Positions 26,091 to 38,421 of a stretch of 64,000 nucleotides of DNA are shown here, one piece after another. The position numbers and the translations under genes were made by a program. Numbering within the stretch: the first letter of the stretch is position 1; the number at the start of each line of letters is the position of its first letter. The DNA comes from Octopus sinensis. Lineage: Eukaryota. Under the pieces are notes generated by a model that saw only the letters and a list, made by a program, of their open reading frames with translations, was not told where the DNA came from and did not search any database. Location: NCBI RefSeq assembly GCF_006345805.1, contig NC_043025.1, forward strand, positions 13,764,001 through 13,828,000. Direction: 5' to 3'.

Positions 26091-27580
26091 AAACATACCA
26101 AATCCCCTAGCAGCCCCCTGTTTTTGTTCTCTGCACCCTTCTTTCTTTTTTTGTCCCTTCCTTCTTTACCCCGTATTGAGAATCAACTAGTAAAAATATG
26201 ATCAGAGCCTGAAGCCCTTACTCTGATGATGTGCTGCTCCAGGGAGGGGCATCACAAGTATTTGAACCAAATGTCCCAGGTGAGGGACGGCTATATGAAC
26301 ATGGAAAACAAAAGAAAATGATTGAGGTTTTGGGCAATTTAATGCTTAAGAAAACTCGGGCCCAAGAACAGCCATGGACTGTGAAAAGGTAGAAATACCT
26401 GACCCCACAAAACCTGTTTTTTCCCATCTCCCCTTTTTCCTCTTCTTTACCCCATATTGAGAATCAACTAGTAAAAATGTAATCAGAGCCTGAAGCCCTC
26501 ATACCAAAGCAATACTCCTATGATGTGCTGCTCCAGGGAAGGACATCACAAGTATTTGAACCAAATGTCCCAGATGAGGGACAGCTATATGAACATGGAA
26601 AACAGACAGCAAAAAAGGATTGGGGTTTTGTCCAGTTCTGCGCCTCTACAGAAATGCTTAAGAAAACCCAAGAAGAGTTGTGACCGTGAAAAGGTAATCT
26701 TACCTACCTGACCCCAAAAGCCTGTCTGGTTTTTTTTTCTCTCCTCTTTTTCTGTATCCTATATTTAGAATCAATAAGTACTAGTCCAAAATCCTCTTAC
26801 TAAAGTACCACTCACAGAAGCATTGCAAATATTCAAACCAAATGCCCCAAAGGAACACAGCTAAATGGACATGAAAAAATGATTCGGGTTTTACTTAAGA
26901 AAACCCAGGCCCTAGAACAGTAGCAACTGTGAAAAGGTAAACCTACCTGACCCTGCCAAAACACTTTGTGTTTTTTTTTCCCCCTTCTTTACCCTATATT
27001 AAGAATCGGTTAATAAGAAATCCTCATACAAAAGCACATTTCTGAGAGAATTCGCTGCTTGCAGGTGAAGCATCACAAATACTTGAGCCAGGGGCCCCAG
27101 ATGAGGACAGCTACATGAACGTGAAAAAATAGCTGAAGTTTTAGGCAGTAGTGCATCTATGAAAATACTGAAGAAAATTTAAGCCATGAACTGTGAAAAG
27201 CTGCACCTACCTTACCCCTAAAAGCTCTCTGTTCTTATATTTTTCTCTTCTTCCTCCCATGTTGAGAATCGGTTAGTAAGAAATAATCTGAAATCCTCAT
27301 ACAGAAACAGTATTTCCGTTAATGTGCTGCTCCTCGTGGGTAAGGCATCTCAGATGAGGACAGCTGTATGGACATGAAAAATGATTGGGGTTTTAGGGAG
27401 TTTTTGTGCCTATGGGAATACTGAATAAAATTCAGGCCCAAGAGAAGTTACAATCTTACATACCCCCCTTCACTGCCCCATTTTAAGAGTACTAAAAGCA
27501 TCAAAGTCCTTGTGCCGAAACAGGACCCAGGCAGCGCCCTGCTCAAGGGCAAGGCATCAAACTGAAAGTCCCGGATGACC
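25866..27580 (+). repeat. Degenerate tandem copies (~240-340 bp) of the CCCH gene's last ~75 codons plus early 3' UTR
   Basis: Recurring GATGT(A/G)CTGCTC, CCAAATG(T/C)CCC, ATGAACATG, GGCCCAAGAA and CTGTGAAAAGGTA blocks; original plus about 6 copies. Confidence 0.9.
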
Positions 27581-28237
27581 CCTCCTTCTCCTCATCACCC
27601 CTCTCCTTCCTCTTCGTTTGTAGAAAATTCCAGAAGCCATCAGTTGGTCTGTAACTAACTTCTGCCCAGGAGACAAGAAGTCTTTTTTACTGGCTCAGGT
27701 TCAAACTCACAAGGAACATAATAATAATAATCCTTTCTACTATAAGTACTAGGCCTGATGTGGTGATAGTCGATTACATTGACCCCAGTATGCAACTGGT
27801 ACTTAATTTATTGACCCTGAAAGGATGACAGACAGAGGAAATGCCTCTAAGCATTTTGTCCAGCAGACGAATGATTCTGCCCAGTCGCCATAGTAACTGG
27901 TGGGGGACAAACACACATGATGGGCTTCTTTCAGTTTCCATCTTCCAAATCCACTCACAAGTCTTCGGTCGGCTCAGGGCTATAGTGGAAGACACTTGCC
28001 CAAGGTGCCACGCAGTGGGACTGAACCCAGAACAATGTGGTTGGGAAGCAAGCTACTTACACAGCCATACCCATGCTTGTGGGTGTATATATGTGTGCAA
28101 CTGTGTTTGGTTTGTTTACATCCTTGTAACTTAACAGTTTGGCTTGAGAGACTAACAGAATTAGTACCAGGCACTGAGGCCGATTTTGTTTGACTAAAAC
28201 CTTCGAGCTTTGCTCCAGTATGGCCACAGTCCAATGA

Positions 28238-28326
28238 TTAAAGCAAAGACAAACAGACAGATGGAAGGTTCTGGTTTGTCCGACCCCAATCCTGGGTCTG
28301 TCTTTGCAGTAATTCCTTCTGATCCT
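28238..28326 (-). CDS. Candidate terminal exon (E-DQKELLQRQTQDWGRTNQNLPSVCLSLL*)
   Basis: T tract plus CTTCAAG|; phase 1 matches the 31501 donor. Confidence 0.4.
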
Positions 28327-28539
28327 CTTGAAGGACATTAAAAAAAAAAAACAATAAGAAATTATAAAATGACAACTCAGGGGAACTTTTTTTTACCTAC
28401 ACATAATTACATCGTCATTAATAATAAACTGTTAATTACTTTACAGAGGAAACGGTTAATGAAAAGCCATTAAAAAAAACAAAAACTGAAGAAGACGAAA
28501 TATTGTGTTGAGACAAAAATTTTGCAATATTTTGGTAAT

Positions 28540-28975
28540 TTAATTGTTTTATTCATCAAGTTACAAAGAAGAGCAGCCCAGCATTTAAAAGTAGGGGCCA
28601 TTGGGTTGCACCGCCTGAAGCCACTTTTCTGTCAGGTCTTTGACCCCATTTTGATGCTAGGTCTTGACCTTTGAGGAGAAGAACTCCTTCACTGAAGCTG
28701 CCATCTCCTCTTGGTTGAGGAAGCATCGTGAGAGCAGGAAGTGAACCATGGATCGGAACAAGTAATGATCCAAGGGAGCGAGGTCCGGACTATTTGCTGG
28801 ACGGGGCATCCCTTCGATGCTCCATTCCATTGTGTTGAGTCCAAAGTTTTGCTAACTCCTTCACTGAAGCTTCCACCTCCCCTTGGTTGATGGATCGTTG
28901 TGAGAGCAGAAAGTGAACCATGGATCGGAACAAGTAATGATCCAAGGGAGTGAGGTCTGGACTATCTCCCTGGTG
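28540..28975 (-). mobile_element. Mariner transposase C-terminal remnant with internal ~115-bp duplication
   Basis: NSPDLAPLDHYLFRSM, EFFSSK, GVKDLTEKW motifs. Confidence 0.85.
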
Positions 28976-29329
28976 GGGAATTAGTTTGATGGTGCATTCT
29001 GTTGTTTTAAGTCAAAATTTTTGCAATATTCCGAAGCCAGTGCCGCCTCGACTGGCTTCTGTGCAGGTGGCACGTAAAATGCACCAATCCGACCGTGGCC
29101 GATGCCAGCCTCACCTGGCACGTAAAATGCACCCACTACACTCACGGAGTGGTTGGCGTTAAGAAGGGCATCCAGCTGTAGAAACATTGCCAGATAAGAC
29201 CGGAGCCTGGTGCAGCCTCCTGGCTTCCCAGATCGAACCGTCCAACCCATGCTAGCATGGAGAACGGACATTAAACGATGATGAGGAGGAACTTCTTTGC
29301 TTTATCGGTTAATTTACAACGAAAGCAGC

Positions 29330-29520
29330 TTCATCTGTGTTCACGATGCTTCATCAACCAAAAACGGAGATGGAAGTTTCGGTGAAGGAATTCTTTGCTT
29401 TGAAGGGCAAGAACTGTATCCAATATTGGATCAAAGGACCGACAGAAAGATGGGTTCAGACGGGGCAACATGATGACCAGTTCTTTGACTTCTAAGCTGC
29501 CATTCTTGTAAATTGATGAA
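29330..29520 (+). mobile_element. Mariner transposase C-terminal remnant
   Basis: SVKEFFALK...TERW; homologous to the minus-strand copy. Confidence 0.75.
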
Positions 29521-30489
29521 GAAAGGAAATAAGTTTCAAAATATTAAGAAAGAACGAAACTCAGACAATTGTTGCTCATTCATTTTTCTCTTTCTTTCAT
29601 TCTTTGAACCTTAATCTCTTTTAATCCATTTCGTTAAGTGTCCTTAAGTTTAAATAATTCTATTTAAAAAAACAAAATTATTTGAATTCTAAAAAATATG
29701 AACACAATCAATAATTGAAATTATTGTTTTTTTTTTCCTTTTTATTAATTTTTAATTTATTAATTAAATTTTTGAAAAAAATAATGAAAAGTGTTTGTGT
29801 TTTCTTTAATTTTTGAAATTTTAAAACAACTACAACCAAACAAAATGGCCCTTAGGGTTCAGTCCCACTGCAGACAGCCTCTTCTATCATAGCCCTGGGC
29901 TGAACAAAACTATTCCACCTGATTTGGTTGTTTGTTCCTTCTATTGCCATGCCTGGCTCATTAGGGCCGGTTTCCTTGGCGTATAGGTTCCCCACCTGGA
30001 CAAGACGCCAGTCCGTCGCAGGTGAGCTGCAAGACGCAGGATGAAAGAGTGAGAGAAAGTTGTGGCGAAAGAGTTAGAAGTTTTGCCATTACTTTCTGCT
30101 GGAGCCGCGTGAAGCTTAGGTGTTTCACTCACAAACACACACATCGCCCAGTCTGAGATTTGAACCCGCGATACCTTGACCACTGCTTTAACCACTAGGC
30201 CATGTACCTCCACTACCTGATTTGGTAAATGGAAACTGTACGGAAGCCTGTTGTATATGTTCTGTTTCCTTCACTTCATCTCTGTCATACAAGCAGTGTC
30301 GTTCATTTGAAGTCTTCTGTGATAAACATGTCTGGCCATAAGCAGAAATATTCCCCTGCTCGGAAAGAAAGTGGAGATGGCAGGAGCAGGAAGGGCATGG
30401 AACTGTAAAAAAATCTAAATCTGCTTCAACCGATTACATCTGACCCATGCAAGCACGGACAAGTGGATGCTAAATGATGACAAGGATAA

Positions 30490-30861
30490 TCTCTATATAT
30501 AAAGCTGAAGTTGTGTGTGTGTGGCAGCCTTCAACTAACACTATCTCCTCTGAGACCCTGTGGCGCAAGTTGACCAAAATTGAGAGTATGATAAAAGAAG
30601 GCTTGCTCTTCCTTCTGTAGAAGACAAAATTCAAATCTGACCATGTTAACACAGAAAATTATTTACATCAAAAAGCTGCTTTTTTTTCTATGAAAATCCC
30701 TATTTTTTGACTGCTGTGTCTCCATTTTTCGGTGTATTTCAACCAGAAAAATGTTCACTTAAAGAGAATAACAAGCTACATAAGGCAAAATTTTTACTTT
30801 TCAAAAATTCCAATTCTAAAGGGTAGAAACGAACCCAAGCAACGCCGGGCGATACTGCTAG
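30490..30861 (+). mobile_element. Non-autonomous Helitron
   Basis: A|TC start, subterminal CCCAAGCAACGCCGGG, CTAG|T end, no TSD. Confidence 0.88.
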
Positions 30862-31500
30862 TATATATATATACATACATGCTAGGAAGGGCATGCAGCC
30901 ATTTCACAACAGACAGTTGAAGTCTGGACTGCTCCATATCAAACCGTCCAACACATGCCAACATGGAAAGCAGATGATATTTTATGAGACAACTTATTGA
31001 GAGCCACAGACCAAAATTGTGACTGGTGCAAAGTGTAGTTGATGGGGCCACTAGAGCGAAGAAGCAGGACTGGAAGAGTGATTTTTTTTTTTTATTTCCC
31101 ATAAGGGGACGACATAGATAAGGGACAATACAATCTGATTGGGGTCAGATGGATATAACATAAAGACGACATTAAAAATATAAATAAATCAAATGATAGG
31201 ACAGAACGGAAGACATCACGGATGGAGTGGGGATGCGGGTTCAATTCGAACCCCACAAGCCCCGCCTCGCCACTGATACGTCCTGTGTCGCATTCATGAG
31301 GTTACTTTCACTCGTAACATCCGTGCTACATTCTTCCATCGATTCTCAAACGTTTTCTCTCCAACCCTTTTTTCCTTTTAAGGTGAAATAATTCACCGAT
31401 TCAGGGCCGGAGATGAAAGTGCCTGACTTTAATCCTTTCAGCCCCCTCTTCCAAATCCCCTCACTCACAATTGCTACTACAATGAGAAAACAAGTCTTAC

Positions 31501-31715
31501 CTTCTTTCGAAATAGACTCAGGTGGGTCAGTTTTTACTCTGGACTCTTCCTGCACTCGACAACAGTTGTTCGGCATAAACCCACACGTCTGACACCTCCG
31601 AATACTGAACGGTTTCCCTATCCTGCTCACATCTTGGACAGGTCGAAGGGCTGCTGCCTCCATTGAACAGTGGTGTTGGTAGCAAGGTCGCCAGGAGGCA
31701 GGTATACTCAACCAG
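31501..31715 (-). CDS. Candidate exon of an unrecognised gene (WLSIPASWRPCYQHHCSMEAAALRPVQDVSRIGKPFSIRRCQTCGFMPNNCCRVQEESRVKTDPPESISKE)
   Basis: Strong acceptor CTGCTTTACAG| and donor AAG|GTAAGA; non-repetitive; one frame open across all 215 nt. Confidence 0.5.
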
Positions 31716-32659
31716 CTGTAAAGCAGAAAGGAAGACATTTGCTATATGTTCTGTGACATGAAGTGTTTCAGCTTGCAGGAAGTGTGTTCGCATGGATGAA
31801 GGTTCACTCTGCTAAGAAAGAGGTTTGGAAGTGCCTCTATGAAGGGCAAGAAAATGTGGAGAACTCATGGGAGAAGGAGAGTCTGCCCATGATGGAGCAG
31901 ACATAGAGACTAGCCATTTGGAGGGACCGTAGCTTGGTAGATAAAGCCATGAAGACGGGGGGTGGCGAACTGGCAGAAACGTTAGTGCACCGGGTGAAAT
32001 GCTGAGCAGTATTTCGGCTGCCGTTACATTCTGAGTTCAAATTCCACCAAGGTCGATTAAATAAATACCAGTTACGCACTGGGGTCGATATAATCGACTT
32101 AATCCGTTTGTTTGTCCTCTCTGTGTAACTGGTACTTGTTGGATCGACCCCGAAAGGATGAAAGGCAAAGTGGACCTCGGTGGAATTTGAACTCAAAACG
32201 TAACGGCAGAGCATTTCGTCCGGCATGCTAACGTTTCTGCCACAAAAACCACTGCACACTTCTATGCAAGGATTATTGTATTTTTTTCCTAAACTTGGGG
32301 ATCCCTACTAACATTAAGGATCATATAATGTACAAGTATGAATAAAGAATTAAAGATAAAAATGATTCATTATATTTAATGTTATCGAGTGGAACCAGGG
32401 TGTGCTGCATTTCCGCACGACCTATACAACATTGTCTATGTCCAGCCCACAGCTTCCCTTCTATGTAAGGCCTTTATGGCCAATATAATGAATAAAGAAG
32501 ACACTCGCCTAAGGTGCCACATAGTGGGACTGAACCTGGAACCATGTGGTTGGGAAGCAAGCTTCTTACCACACAACCATACATCCAAAACAATTATAAA
32601 GAATATGTGGACAGGACGCCTGAAAATTAATATATTGATAGCAGACTTAATTAGAATAA

Positions 32660-32870
32660 TGAACAATGTGTCCCCACTATGCGAACCCTATACAGAACTT
32701 CATACACCACATGCAGTTCTCTGGCTATGATCAGAAAGATAGGGTTCGGGTATATAGGGGGACTAGAAAGAAATTAGATAACATTATACGTAATGATACC
32801 AGTGGTACCTGCCCTAGGTATAGAAACAAAGAATGGAATAGGATACATATATATATAAATAGTTGAAACA
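32660..32870 (+). mobile_element. Possible Penelope-like ORF remnant
   Basis: HMQFSGY...PRYRNKEW resembles the post-RT region of PLEs (recall only). Confidence 0.35.
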
Positions 32871-33447
32871 CTCCTGTCACAACCAGGGGCCTTGATGACT
32901 GCATACTAGTCCCTTAATATCTGATACTCAATAATTCATCTATTCAATAAGACAATCAATACTTCATTTCATTTTACTATATATACATTATATATTCTAT
33001 ATTAGAAGAAATGAGGTACTCAGAGAAATCGGATGGTTTATATTTACAGATATTTATTTGTATATTACATGTTTTTATACATCATGTATTAGCGCTTTGT
33101 CCCATTCTTGTGGGGTTTTCAAATCAAACTAAGTTCCTGTGTGAGGAGTTTTGACCATTTTATAGTGGTGGGGAGGAATATAAGACAGTACAAGAGGGTG
33201 ATGGATGAGGAGAGAGAGATAGAACAAGTGTGTGTTTTTGTATTTGGAATATGAGTGCTAAAGAAAAAATGTAATATACAAATAAATATCTGTAAATATA
33301 AAACCATCCGATCTTCTGATTACCTCATTTCTTCTAATATAAAATACCTGTACATCAACTCCAAACCTTCCAATATATATATATATTCTACATTAATATT
33401 ATAAAGAATATAAATAAAACAGAGTTGGAATTTCTTTGAATAATATA

Positions 33448-33588
33448 TTAGGTTGTCCCAAAAGTTCGTAAACACTTGCGAAAATTGAATTTTTACTCGC
33501 CAAGTACTAACAAAAACAACAAAAATTATTCCTCAAAATAAAGACCATTATTTTCCAAGACTTTCTACGAACTTTTGGGACAACCTTA
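33448..33588. mobile_element. Tc1/mariner-type MITE
   Basis: TIRs TTAGGTTGTCCCAAAAGTTCGT / ACGAACTTTTGGGACAACCTTA flanked by TA. Confidence 0.8.
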
Positions 33589-33716
33589 TATTATATATGA
33601 GTATATAAACATTCAGCTGAATCGTATATATATATATGTCAAGGGGGAAGAAAGCAGTCATCGGATGTGGTGGGGATATAAAACTAAAAGTTCCAGATTT
33701 TGCTAATTAAACTCAC

Positions 33717-33816
33717 GCACCGTCAACATTGCTGGTCACTTCTTTTATCGTTACGGTGGTTTTCAATTCATTCGTGACCCCTTCAACGACTCTTTATCCC
33801 ACGTATGATTAAAAAA
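33717..33816 (-). other. Candidate upstream (probably 5' UTR) exon of the same gene
   Basis: Donor GC|GTGAGT, acceptor TTTGTTTGTCAAAG|; in-frame TAA near its 5' end. Confidence 0.3.
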
Positions 33817-34464
33817 CTTTGACAAACAAATTAAATTAACAATCCTTTCTACTAAAGGCCTGAAATTCGTGGGGAGGGCAATTGTGGATTCCACCGACCC
33901 CGAATGGATGAAAGGCAAAGTCGACGGAATTTGAAGAAAGAAATTAAAGTAATTACAATATAGCTGGAGTGAAGATCAAATGTACACTGCGTATGTTTAA
34001 TGGGTTAATTGGCCAAATATGACCATCTCCGTGGAAAGCAGACATTCATTAAAGGATCGTTAATTAATTAACACGCGTCAGTTTCGTTTCCTCATAACGT
34101 CCAGAAAAATGAGTATTTGTCAGGAAACAGAACATTTCTGAGTGTGTAGTAGATACGATCCTTCGGTATAAGTACACACGTGAATTTGTTTACATTTCTG
34201 AAGATAAGAGAAAACCCTTTTCTTCCACCCTATATATAGATAGAATTCTTCAAACTGTATAAAAATGCTTATTGTCTTCATTCGAAGAGAAATAAATTCT
34301 AAATAAAAGGTGTGAACGATAGAAACAATTTTTTATGGTATTAGAACTTTTAATATTTACTAATTAATTAATAACAATTTAAAACCCAATAGAGAAATTA
34401 TATTACATACGTATAAGAGTGAAGGACAACCATTAACTCTTTTACTTTGTAAGATATTATCTTA

Positions 34465-34560
34465 TTTTCGCGCACGTGCCATACCAACTCATTTGCATAC
34501 GGGACTGCGCGCGGGCGCACAGTGGTCGATAAACCGGGTCAAACAACTAGGTCAAATGCA
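34465..34560. promoter_or_regulatory. Short CpG-rich patch, possible promoter
   Basis: CACGTG at 34473, octamer ATTTGCAT at 34491 and GCGCGCGGGCGC in otherwise CpG-poor DNA. Confidence 0.3.
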
Positions 34561-35344
34561 AAACTGATCGAAAAGGCGGCAGGTTTGCCAATTAGTGCGC
34601 CGAAAGAAATACTTAGATGTACTCAGACCGAGCGACTATCCGGGGAAAACGAACCCCCAGACCGTCGCGTCGGACGAAGTACACCTAAGCATTTCGTCCG
34701 GCGCTCTAACGTCCGGGCCAGCTACCGCCATGAAAAAACATTGTAAAAATAACTTATTTAATTTAAAAAGAAAAAAAGAAGAAAAATTCAAGGCTGTCCT
34801 TCGTCGCTTTTAGACATTCTACCATTATTCCCACAACATTCTTTAACTTTTTCTCTCAAAATGGTTTTTTTTCAACCCAGTTTTGCTTTCACTTCTATTC
34901 AAAGCAGAATGCTTTTGCATCCACACTCTCCTAAAAACCACACATATATAATATAAATATATACATACCTACGTAAATATGTATATGCTACAAGATATCT
35001 TCTAGTTAACCAAACACTTTTAAACTTCCTATACTGGTAGAATATGTTTATAAAACATCATTTTCTCTTGGCTTTATTGAGAAAATTCTATAGTTTGTGA
35101 GATATTTCGTCTTTAATTTCGAGCATTTCGCCAATTTTAACCATTACGTCTATTTAGGTAAATAACATTCTGAATATGTCCCTCGTTTACGAAACAGATT
35201 CGGTTTATTTAGATTTGTGAAGAAAAAAGATACCCTAAAACAGATTGAAATGCAATAGATCGATTCAATAAAAACGATATGTGATAGTGTAGACTTACCC
35301 AACGATATATTCTTTTCACATTGAATTCCGGTAATTTGTAGAAA

Positions 35345-36120
35345 TGTCTGGGAAGTGAACAGTGTATGAGCCAGAAAGATGCTTGCTTGTGTACAGAGAA
35401 GATCAGGTGTAGTGTTGGCGAATCTCAGGAAGCATGGAAGTTTTGAAGGATGCAGTGCTCCGACAACTAACAACTGATGCCGGCAGTTTGTTCCATGCTT
35501 CAGCAACTCTCAGCGTGAAAAAATGTTTCCTGAAGTCATGGGAGCTGTGCTGTTTTCTGACTTTGTAAATATGTCCACGGGTGTTAGATGGGTGGAGTTT
35601 GAAAAGGTGCTCAGAGTTATTATTTGTACGATGGTTGATAATTTTATGGGTGTCTGCCAAGTCAGCTGCCAGACGTCGGAGTTTCAATGTGTCCATGCCC
35701 AGGGAAGAAGTAAGGTGTTCAAGATATGGCAAATGCATGATGGAGGGTATTCTTTTGGTTGCACGTCGCTGAACAGCTTCCAGACGATTGATATCCTGGG
35801 CAAGATCAGGTGTAGTGTTGGCGAATCTTAGGAAGCATGGAAGTTTTCAAGGATGCAGTGCTCCGACAACCAACAACTGATGCCGGCAGTTTGTTCCATG
35901 CTTCAGCAACTCTCAGCGTGAAAAAATGTTTCCGGAAGTCATGGAAGGAGCTGTGCTGTTTTTGTGAGGATGTCCCGGAGTGTCCGACAGACGGAATTGG
36001 AAAAGGTTTCCCCAGGTTCTGGATAATCTTGTGGGAGTTTACCAATTCAGTTGCCAAATGTTGGAGCTTTAACATGTCCAGGCCCCGGAAAGCAAGGCCT
36101 TCAGAGTAAGGTGGTTGCCT
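35345..36120 (-). mobile_element. Two tandem CR1 3' fragments
   Basis: LKLRRL, TRGHIYKV and FFTLRVAEAWNKLP motifs. Confidence 0.88.
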
Positions 36121-37159
36121 GCTGCTGGGGATTCGCCTGGCTGCACCTTTCTCAACGGTTTCCAACAAGATTGATTTTCGTACTACATAAGAACAGTGGT
36201 CCCGGTGCGCCCACACGCGTAGGGGCGCATCGGCGCTCGCTAGTCGTGACTAGTCGATCCTTACTTTGTGTTTTTCTTTACTTTGCAAGTCGTTGTAGGA
36301 TCGACTAGTCACGACTAGCTAGCGCGAGCACCGGGACCATTCTTCTTAACTAGTGCCCTGATATTCTCCCCTCTATACACACGCAAGCATGTATCTCACC
36401 CATGCACTGTTCACTTCCCATTGAGGCATCAGCTATAGACGTCCCTTTGACCAGTCGAGGGGCCACCTGAGCCCTGCAGACAAGAATCTCAGGAGATTCA
36501 ATCAATAAAAATTAGAATGCAGGGGAGATAACTCCTGCTGAACTGTTAACCAGAAGAATTGGCGACTTTGGAGTTTAAGCTTCTGGGATGGAGAAAGGGT
36601 ATTACGGGTGGAAGGGAATGATAAATGGGGGTAATAGATGTTTGGTTAAGAAGTCTGTGTTACAATGAGGTTCTGGGTTCAATTCCGATAAGTGACACAC
36701 TTCAGACATTTGTTTTGTTTTAGGCGTAAGGTTACCTGCAGCCTATATATTCTTTTACTAGTTTCAGTCATTTCACTGCGGCCATGCTGGAGCACCGCCT
36801 TTAATCGAGCAACTCGACCCCGGGACTTATTCTTTTGGAAGCCCAGTACTTATTCTATCGGCCTCTTTTGCCGAACCGCTAAGTAACGGGGACGTAAACA
36901 CACCAGCATCGGTTGTCAAGCGGTGTTGGGGGAACAAACACAGACACACACGCATATATATATACGACGGGCTTCTTTCAGTTTCCGTCAATCAAATCCA
37001 CTCACAAGGCTTTGGTCGGCCCGAGGCTATAGTAGAAGACACTTGCCCAAGGTGCCACGCAGTGGGACTGAACCCGGAACCATGTGGTTGGTAGACAAGC
37101 TACTTACCACACGGCCACTCCTGCGTCTGTATATATATAATAGGCAAAATCCTCACCCT

Positions 37160-37468
37160 ACTTCTAATTAGTGAGTGATCTGTGTCACAATCCGCGCTGC
37201 GGGTCAGTTGCACAGAATTCAGAAAGGATCTCCGTGTAATGTTAGCATCCAGCTGATGCCAGTGGTGAGATCTTGGATGTCTCCAAGATGCCTTGTGGGA
37301 TGGCTTGTTGGCAAAGAATGTGTTTGTGATGCACAGGTTATGGTATGTGCAAAATTCAAGTAGTCTCTGACCATTGTCATTCATGTTGCCAATACCAAAG
37401 TGTCCAACACAAATGGGCCACGTATCATGGTCAGATCCCACGCAAGCGTTAAAATCCCCTAAAAGGTA
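37160..37468 (-). mobile_element. RTE-clade LINE AP-endonuclease fragment
   Basis: LLGDFNA, NDNGQRLLEFC, SWRHPRSHHWHQLD, DCDTDHSL motifs. Confidence 0.88.
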
Positions 37469-38421
37469 GAGCAATATAGCCTGGCGTTGCTTGGGTTTGT
37501 TTCGACCCTTTAGAATTGGAATTTTTGAAAAGTAAAAAATTTTGCATTCCGTAGCTTGTTATTCTCTTTAAGTGAACATTTTTCTGGTTGAAATACACTG
37601 AAAAATGGCGACACAGCAGTCGAAAAATCAGTAAAAAATAGGGATTTTCATAGAGAAGAAAAGCACCTTTTTGATGTAAATAATTTTTGGTGTTAACATT
37701 GTCCGATTTGAATTTTTTGTTCTATGGAATGAAGATCAAGCCTTCTTCTATGATACTCTCAATTTTGGTCAACTTGTGCCGCAGGGTCTCGGAGGAGATA
37801 GTGTTAGTTGAAGGCTGCCATACACAGACAACTTCAGCTTTATATATATAAATAGTGTCAGCTCAAGGTACCAACAACTTGGACAGTCACCTAGGATGCA
37901 ATGTGCTAGGGGTCACTAAGAAGGGCATGACAAAGACAAGGAAATTTGTTTAGCTTGCCTGGGACTCCAGCAACCTTAAGGCCGGCCCTGTATATATATT
38001 ATGATACGTAATAGTGTTGAGAAGACCCAAAGGTGTCAGGTAATGCTGAGTAAGTGCTATGGACAGCCTATAGTTAAGCTCCAGGTTCGGAGATTATGCG
38101 AATGAGGAGTCCAACGTAGGTCATATATCAGCAGGTGTATATATAAGAAAATAAACAGGATGAGATAAAAATCCAAGGCTGTGAAAGGTTTCTGAACATT
38201 TATAAAGAGGAGGTCTTACAGCTGTTTCTGGGATATTTTATATATCCCTACATTGTTGTATTTAGTAATGGTTTTTTTATTTCTTTTGCCAAATAGACTA
38301 TATACATGTAGAGGTAGGTACATACATATATGTATGTATATATTTTATTAATTTATTAATTTTATATATATATGCATACATATATATATATACATAAATA
38401 AATGCAGATAGATAGATCAGG

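Noticed and set aside
31240-31275. GGGTTC-AATTC-GAACCC hairpin resembling a tRNA T-arm or B-box
   Set aside because: No cloverleaf or A-box around it; no intact tRNA gene was found anywhere in the window, only SINE heads
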